From positions 1 through 33,135 of the forward strand of contig CALVXQ010000003.1 in assembly GCA_944371435.1 (NCBI GenBank): 33,135 nt of DNA, given 5' to 3'. Every line of letters begins with the position of its first letter. The first letter of the stretch is position 1. Source of the DNA: an uncultured Bacilli bacterium. GTDB lineage: Bacteria; Bacillota_I; Bacilli_A; RF39; UBA660. The position numbers were made by a program, and so were the translations under genes. Below the pieces are notes generated by a model, which was not told the origin of the DNA, ran no database searches, and saw only the letters and a list, made by a program, of their open reading frames with translations. Below, in pieces: positions 27,099 through 33,135 of this stretch.

Positions 27099-27950
27099 CT
27101 ATTTAGATTCAATATAATTTTCAACATCTAAAATAGTTTTGTTAAAATCATCATAACAAGTGTTAAACCATTTAACATCCATTTGATTATTAAACCAAGT
27201 ATACTGTCTTTTCGCATAATGACGAGAATTTTTTTTAATTAAAGAAATAGCTTCTTCTAAAGAAATATTATTATCTAAATAAGAATATATTTCTTTATAC
27301 CCAATTCCCGTAAGTAATGCTTTACTACGAATATGTAAATCATAAAATTTCTTTACTTCCTCAACTAATCCAGCACTAATCATCTTATCGACACGTTCAT
27401 TTATCTTCTTATACAATGTATCTCTATCGGTTGTTAAACCAATCAGAATAAAGTCATATAATTTTTCTGGTTTTACTATAGTAACATCTTTCTTATTTAA
27501 AAATCTAATTAAGCGTTTACGATTATTTACATGTATAGAACAGTTTTTATCCTTTTTTAAAGCTAACTTATATAACTCTTCATTAGAATACCCATCATAT
27601 GTCTTATTACCATCATCTGATGAGAAACGATAATCGTATAAAGTTGCCTTTAAATATAAACCTGTTCCCCCAACAAAGATAATATTTCGATTCTTATATT
27701 TCTCTAAGATATTTCTAGCATCTTTTTGATAATCAAAAACAGTATAATTATAATTAACATCGACAAAGTCTATTAATTCATGAGGAATTCCTTCCATTTC
27801 TTCTGGTGTAATTTTAGCTGTTCCAATATCTAGTCCTTTATATACCTGCATCGCATCACAATTGACTATTATCGCGTTATATTTTTTAGCTAATTCTAAG
27901 GACAATTTAGTTTTACCAACAGCAGTTGGTCCTACTACACATAAAATCAT
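27099..27950 (-). CDS. miaA: tRNA dimethylallyltransferase
   Basis: GPTAVGKT, DAMQVYKGLDIGTAK, VGGTGLY, IGYKE, YAKRQYTW. Confidence 0.97.
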   Translation of the reverse strand: MILCVVGPTAVGKTKLSLELAKKYNAIIVNCDAMQVYKGLDIGTAKITPEEMEGIPHELIDFVDVNYNYTVFDYQKDARNILEKYKNRNIIFVGGTGLYLKATLYDYRFSSDDGNKTYDGYSNEELYKLALKKDKNCSIHVNNRKRLIRFLNKKDVTIVKPEKLYDFILIGLTTDRDTLYKKINERVDKMISAGLVEEVKKFYDLHIRSKALLTGIGYKEIYSYLDNNISLEEAISLIKKNSRHYAKRQYTWFNNQMDVKWFNTCYDDFNKTILDVENYIESK

Positions 27951-27953
27951 ATC

Positions 27954-28943
27954 TTACCTCGTTAATCCTAATATCTTCTGAAAAGATTTAGTATCTTCAT
28001 TATTATTTTTTAAATATTGCCTTAAAAAATATACTTTATCTAAATTATTATTAAATACTAAATCACAAAATTCTAAAGCACTATCTAAATGAATCTTATT
28101 ATAATCTGAAAAATAAGAATAATTATATTTATTTAATTTACGACGATGAAAAATTGTTTCATAATCAAATTTATCACTTTTAACATAGTATAACATTTTC
28201 ATAAATAGATTAATATTATTTTGCCAAATAATAGGATTTAAAGTTCCATTAGGATTACGAAACTCAATCGTATTATTTAAGTTATATTGACCTAATTTAT
28301 TACATTTTTCAAAACTAACAGCAGCAGCATTTTCTTTTTTTAACATAGCGAGTACTTCCATAAAATCAGTAGGGAATTCTTGTAACACCAAAAAAGCTTC
28401 TTCAAAATCCGCATTACAATTATAAGCATACTCATCAATAAGTGGTCGACTAATCGTATACTCACCATTACCAAAACGAAATATAACATCTTCATAAGTT
28501 GACCAAAGTAATAAAAAACGGGACAATATTTCCGAACTTTCTGGCAATATTTGAGCTCCAACATGAACTTGAGCCGCACATTTTTCATTAATACTACTAT
28601 ATCTTTTCAAAATATCACATACTCTTTTTATTTCTTGCCAAGAATTAATATCATCTTTTAAAGGAGGAGATGTAAATTCTAACCCCTCATCTAAACTTGG
28701 TTCTTCTTTTTTAGTCCAACCTTCATCTTCATACATAAAGTAAGCACTTGCTAAATCATTATAATCAATTATATCTTCTGTTTCTATTTCGATTCCAAAC
28801 GTATCTTGAGAAGATAAACTAAGTGTATTTCTATATTCTAGTAAATAAAGATTTAAGTAACTTAAAATTTCTTCTAAATCTTTTTTAGATAATTTAGAAA
28901 ATAATAAATTTCCTTGTTTATTGATTAAATCAAATATTTCCAT
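27954..28943 (-). CDS. Putative amidoligase (COOH-NH2 ligase, Amidoligase_2-like)
   Basis: TFGIEIET, LEFTSPPL, CAAQVHVG, TIEFRNPNGTLN motifs. Confidence 0.8.
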   Translation of the reverse strand: MEIFDLINKQGNLLFSKLSKKDLEEILSYLNLYLLEYRNTLSLSSQDTFGIEIETEDIIDYNDLASAYFMYEDEGWTKKEEPSLDEGLEFTSPPLKDDINSWQEIKRVCDILKRYSSINEKCAAQVHVGAQILPESSEILSRFLLLWSTYEDVIFRFGNGEYTISRPLIDEYAYNCNADFEEAFLVLQEFPTDFMEVLAMLKKENAAAVSFEKCNKLGQYNLNNTIEFRNPNGTLNPIIWQNNINLFMKMLYYVKSDKFDYETIFHRRKLNKYNYSYFSDYNKIHLDSALEFCDLVFNNNLDKVYFLRQYLKNNNEDTKSFQKILGLTR

Positions 28944-28962
28944 TACAACACCCCCTAATCTA

Positions 28963-30711
28963 TTAATTCATAATCCTCTTAAACATTCTTTCTAAATCAT
29001 AATTACTAAACTTAATCATAGTGGGTCTACCATGAGGACAATTATAGGGATTATCAGTTTTTACTAATTCATCTAAAAGTTCGCTCATTGCTTCATGAGA
29101 AATATGCATATTGGCTTTAATCGACATTTTACAAGCTAAAGTAATCGCAGCACCCTCTCTAAATTTATCTGGATCAAACTTATTACCATAACTTATTACT
29201 AAATCAATAATTCTTCTAATACTTTCTTCTTCATAACCTTGTAACAACCAAGTCGGATGTTCAATAACCCGGAAAGTGTTAATTCCAAATTCATCAATTT
29301 TAAAGCCAATACTATTTAGAAAATCTAAATGTTCTCTAAGTACTAAAGCTTCACTAGCATTTAGTTCAATCGTTATCGGAAATAAAGTCCTAGTAGTACT
29401 AGTCTTACTTTCTTTTAAAGCTTTAAAAAATCTTTCATAATTAATTCTTTCTTGAGCGGCATGCTGATCAATTAAATACATCCCTTCTTCATTTTCCGCA
29501 ATAATATAAGTACCATGTACTGCTCCAACTGGAAATAGTTTGATTCTTTTTATTTCTTCATTAGGTTTTACAACATCAACTTGTTCTTCAGCAATACTAA
29601 ATAAATTTAATTCAGTTTGTTCTTCTTTTTGTTCCTCTTTAATATTAGCTTCAATAATACTATTTATTTCATTTTTAGTAAAAACATCATTAGTGGCTTC
29701 AATTCTTCCTAAAGCACTAGGTATAAGTAAATTATTATATAAAGCTTCCTTAATAGTATTCATAATTAAATCTGTTAAAGCGCTTATTTTGCCCAATTTT
29801 ATATCCTGTTTAGTAGGATGAATATTAACATCGATTAAAGTAGGATCTGTATTAATATTAATTACAACGATTGGAAACTTAATATCCGGTTTATAAGTAT
29901 AATAAGCATCATTAATAGCTTTATTTATTTCATTATTTCTTACTACCCTTCCATTAACAATAGTTGTCATATGATACCTATTAGATTTTAAAATCTCTGG
30001 TTTACATATATATCCATAAATATCATAATCATCATTAGAAGCTTTTATCTCAATTAATTTAGAAGAAACTTGTAAACCATATATTTCATGAATAGTCTTC
30101 TTTAGATTACCAGAACCACTTGTATTTACTATGATACGTTCATTATTCAATAATTTAAAACTAATTTTAGGATAACTTAAAGCTAATTTTTCTAAATAAG
30201 AAACACAATTGGCTAACTCAGTTGCTTCTGTTTTTAAATATTTTAAACGAGCTGGAGTATTATAAAATAAATTTCGTACTTCAATTGTTGTTCCAATCAC
30301 ACAATCTGAATCTTCATTTATTAAAAATTTACCACCTTTAATTTTAACATGAGTACCAACATCACCAGTTGAAGTGATCAAATCAACTTCACTAACAGCC
30401 GCAATCGAAGGAAGTGCTTCACCACGAAATCCTAAAGTATTTATAAAAAATAAATCGTCTTCTTTTAACAATTTAGAAGTAGCATGTCTTTGAAAAGCTA
30501 ACAAGGCATCTTGCTTATCCATCCCTGTACCATTATCAATTACTTTAATCCCATTTAAGCCACCATTTACTAGTTCTACCCGAATATCACTTGCTAAGGC
30601 ATCAATCGAATTTTCAACTAATTCTTTAACTACTGAAGCAACTTTTTCAACTACTTCACCAGCCGAAATTTTATTAGCTAAATTTTCACTCATGATATTA
30701 ATCTTACTCAT
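28963..30711 (-). CDS. mutL: DNA mismatch repair endonuclease MutL
   Basis: ISAGEVVE, ELVENSIDA, GFRGEAL, DVNIHPTK, DQHAAQERINYE, CPHGRP. Confidence 0.97.
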   Translation of the reverse strand: MSKINIMSENLANKISAGEVVEKVASVVKELVENSIDALASDIRVELVNGGLNGIKVIDNGTGMDKQDALLAFQRHATSKLLKEDDLFFINTLGFRGEALPSIAAVSEVDLITSTGDVGTHVKIKGGKFLINEDSDCVIGTTIEVRNLFYNTPARLKYLKTEATELANCVSYLEKLALSYPKISFKLLNNERIIVNTSGSGNLKKTIHEIYGLQVSSKLIEIKASNDDYDIYGYICKPEILKSNRYHMTTIVNGRVVRNNEINKAINDAYYTYKPDIKFPIVVININTDPTLIDVNIHPTKQDIKLGKISALTDLIMNTIKEALYNNLLIPSALGRIEATNDVFTKNEINSIIEANIKEEQKEEQTELNLFSIAEEQVDVVKPNEEIKRIKLFPVGAVHGTYIIAENEEGMYLIDQHAAQERINYERFFKALKESKTSTTRTLFPITIELNASEALVLREHLDFLNSIGFKIDEFGINTFRVIEHPTWLLQGYEEESIRRIIDLVISYGNKFDPDKFREGAAITLACKMSIKANMHISHEAMSELLDELVKTDNPYNCPHGRPTMIKFSNYDLERMFKRIMN

Positions 30712-31675
30712 TATTTAATCCCCCAAATAAAGATACTCTTATACTTATAGTATCAAAATACTTTTTACTAACTTTTAAATTACAAGCTTTTTTAATATTA
30801 ATAAAACCTAGTCCTGTTATAACTAAGTCGGTATTATCAGGAACATGAATAATACTAAAATCTTCTAAATCATAGTTATATCTTCTTTCTAAGTTTATAT
30901 CATTACTAAAATAAATAGTAATACTATTGCCACCAAAGTTATTAATAACTAAATCATTTTCAATCAATAAACTAGTATTATCTTTCATCTGATAAGTAAT
31001 AGGTTTAATTATCTTCTTACAATTAGCCTTCTTAATTAAACTATTATTTATATCCATTATATTTTTCTTATATTTAAAACCTGGTGTATCAGTAATAACT
31101 AAATTATCAATTTTAATATTTAAAAAATCAAGAGTAGTATCTGGTAAAAAACTTTCTGTTATAACCTTTTCATCTAATAAGGTATTAATCAAAGTACTTT
31201 TTCCTGAGTTAGTATATCCAACTATATAACAAGAATTTAAACTCTTATTAATCATTTCTTTAATAATAATATTCTTATTCTTACTATCTTTAGCTGATAC
31301 TAAATAGATATCTTCATTTATTTGATAATTATTTCTTAAATAATCAATAATACTACTATCTTTAATACTTCTAGGAATAATATCTTTCTTAGTAACTAAT
31401 AAAGTCTTAGTATATCTAAATTTTTTATACGTATCTATTACTTCATTACTTATATTCAAAAAATCTATTAAAAAGAAAACGTGTTTTTTATTATTATTAA
31501 TTATTTTTATTATAGTATCATTATCTTTACTTACTAATTCCTTTTTTAATTCACCATAATGCCTCAAACGATGGCAACGCATACATATTTTAAACTTTAA
31601 ATCGGGCACATATCCTATTTTTTCTTTATCAATATTTTGTAAAGTTACCCCACATCCTAAACACTTTTTAACCAT
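30704..31675 (-). CDS. yqeH: Ribosome biogenesis GTPase YqeH
   Basis: N-terminal CLGCG..CMRC zinc finger, circularly permuted TKKD, VSAK, GYTNSGKS, DTPG; downstream of yqeG. Confidence 0.85.
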   Translation of the reverse strand: MVKKCLGCGVTLQNIDKEKIGYVPDLKFKICMRCHRLRHYGELKKELVSKDNDTIIKIINNNKKHVFFLIDFLNISNEVIDTYKKFRYTKTLLVTKKDIIPRSIKDSSIIDYLRNNYQINEDIYLVSAKDSKNKNIIIKEMINKSLNSCYIVGYTNSGKSTLINTLLDEKVITESFLPDTTLDFLNIKIDNLVITDTPGFKYKKNIMDINNSLIKKANCKKIIKPITYQMKDNTSLLIENDLVINNFGGNSITIYFSNDINLERRYNYDLEDFSIIHVPDNTDLVITGLGFINIKKACNLKVSKKYFDTISIRVSLFGGLNNE

Positions 31676-32189
31676 AATAATTACCTCGTTTAAAACTTCC
31701 TTTCTTCTCAAAAGAATTTAAAATTTTCTTTTCAATAAAACGATTAAATTTTGTCCAAACAAAATCTTCTTCATTTATTTTATCAACAAATATAGAAGTA
31801 AAATTCATTTTATTAGCACCCCAAATATCAGTTAAAATCTGATCGCCAATACAAGCAATTTCGCTATCTTTATAGCCATATTTTTTCTTTATAATACGAT
31901 ATTTTTTCTTAAGAGGTTTACAAGAGGAATATGCAGAATCAACATTTAATTCTTCTTTAAAAGGAGTTACTCTTTTTTTTCCACTGTTAGACATAATAAT
32001 TATTTTAAAACTTAAATCGTCTAAATAAGCAAAAAGCTCTTTTATCTTGCGAGTCGGTCTTTTAGCATATATCGAAACTAAAGTATTATCTAAATCAAAT
32101 ATTAAACACTTAATTCCATTTTCCTTTAATTTTTTATAATCAATTTTATATATATCTTTAGCATAAATATCCGGATAAAACAAGTTCAT
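31668..32189 (-). CDS. yqeG: YqeG family HAD IIIA phosphatase
   Basis: FDLDNTL, SN, KP, IGDQILTDIWGAN. Confidence 0.93.
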   Translation of the reverse strand: MNLFYPDIYAKDIYKIDYKKLKENGIKCLIFDLDNTLVSIYAKRPTRKIKELFAYLDDLSFKIIIMSNSGKKRVTPFKEELNVDSAYSSCKPLKKKYRIIKKKYGYKDSEIACIGDQILTDIWGANKMNFTSIFVDKINEEDFVWTKFNRFIEKKILNSFEKKGSFKRGNYYG

Positions 32190-32210
32190 AAAAATATTCC
32201 TTTCTTATTA

Positions 32211-32232
32211 AAAGCAAGATATATCTTGCTTT
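32211..32232 (-). terminator. Perfect 22-bp palindrome, probable terminator of the lipoprotein gene
   Basis: AAAGCAAGATATATCTTGCTTT at the stop codon. Confidence 0.6.
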
Positions 32233-32764
32233 AATTACAATCATCAGTTTTACTCTTTACTAAAAAACTAGTACACTCACTATCTAAACATAAAAGTTTA
32301 TCTTTATAATAAAGTTTAAAATCTCCTAATGTTAAAACATTATTACTTTCTTCATATTTTCCTTTATACTCTTTAGCATCAACATTATCTAAATTTAATC
32401 CGTAATTATAAGTATCATCTTCAATTACTAATTTTTGACTAGTTACTTCAAAACTCTTAATCTCAATACTTTCGATGCCATCTAAGTCTTTTAATACTTC
32501 TTCACTACTATTCATACCTATTTTATTATTAAAATATATATTTATCGTTGTATTACCTTTTTCTATATCATCTACAACATCATAGCCTCTTAAATAATTT
32601 AAACCTTGGACTTTATTTAATATATTATTATATTCTTTACTAGTATAATCTTCTTCTAAAATAACTAAAGTACTAAATATCTCATTTTTTTGACACCAAG
32701 TTCCTTCATATTTAGAACAACCACATAATAAAGTAATTAATAACAACATTAGAATTTTTTTCAT
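32231..32764 (-). CDS. Hypothetical lipoprotein
   Basis: Lipobox LCGC followed by EGTW; AGGAG RBS. Confidence 0.8.
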   Translation of the reverse strand: MKKILMLLLITLLCGCSKYEGTWCQKNEIFSTLVILEEDYTSKEYNNILNKVQGLNYLRGYDVVDDIEKGNTTINIYFNNKIGMNSSEEVLKDLDGIESIEIKSFEVTSQKLVIEDDTYNYGLNLDNVDAKEYKGKYEESNNVLTLGDFKLYYKDKLLCLDSECTSFLVKSKTDDCN

Positions 32765-32814
32765 AGATACTCCTAAAACACAAATATTATATCACAAGAA
32801 TTAATCTTTTTAAA

Positions 32815-33072
32815 TTAATTATCAAGTAATACCTGTGTTACATCGTATCCATATATTTCTAAAATACTTACTAAACGTCTACTCTTACTTCCATGACGAC
32901 AATAAAAATAATACTTCTTATTTTTATCTAAAAGTGTCCCAAAATTATAAACTAATTCGTTATAGGGAATATTAATAGCCCTTGCATCATGCCAAAGTTT
33001 ATAACTATAATTATCTTCTAAATCTACTAATACTCCATCATTAGCATATTCACTTAATTTTATTGTTTTCAT
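32815..33072 (-). CDS. Single-domain rhodanese-like protein
   Basis: VLVD, H..AINIP, YCRHGSKS active-site loop, LEIYGY. Confidence 0.8.
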   Translation of the reverse strand: MKTIKLSEYANDGVLVDLEDNYSYKLWHDARAINIPYNELVYNFGTLLDKNKKYYFYCRHGSKSRRLVSILEIYGYDVTQVLLDN

Positions 33073-33087
33073 CTAAAACCTCCTAAG

Positions 33088-33135
33088 TTAAAATATGCTA
33101 TCCCAAACTCAATCGTCATTACATTCACATATTTT
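33088..33135 (-). CDS. 3' end of an unidentified gene (partial)
   Basis: Open frame ...KYVNVMTIEFGIAYF* ending just before the rhodanese RBS. Confidence 0.4.

Noticed and set aside
28340-28588. Alternative-frame 82-aa ORF inside the amidoligase gene
   Set aside because: The main frame is intact with all motifs, and there is no sign of a programmed frameshift
1-33135. Mollicute-type genetic code 4
   Set aside because: Long ORFs are intact under code 11 with TGG-encoded Trp, and peptidoglycan and sporulation genes are present

Overview
Very AT-rich chromosomal window from a low-GC Firmicute using the standard genetic code. Gene content and style suggest an uncultured reduced-genome Bacilli lineage such as RF39, which is inference only. 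The left part holds a DUF4358/MBOAT/DHHW O-acylation operon, a PolY-YolD pair, a sortase B with a long cytoplasmic N-terminal extension coupled to a 1007-aa orphan, two tandem MacB-like ABC fusions, sufS-sufU and tRNA-Arg(UCU). Next to the tRNA, a class II Fic-HTH gene is bracketed exactly by a 76-bp direct repeat (4 mismatches) that contains a palindrome and a short conserved reading frame. It looks like a 1180-bp integrase-less gene cassette. The right part is all minus strand: scpAB, spoVAC-AD-AE behind a SigG-type promoter, a divergent SigF-like sigma with a perfect Spo0A box but no spoIIAA/spoIIAB, an alpha/beta hydrolase-murF-ddl unit, miaA, an amidoligase, mutL, yqeH, yqeG, a lipoprotein and a rhodanese. 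The best candidates for novelty are the repeat-flanked fic cassette, the stand-alone SigF-like sporulation module and the LRR-like sortase fusion operon.
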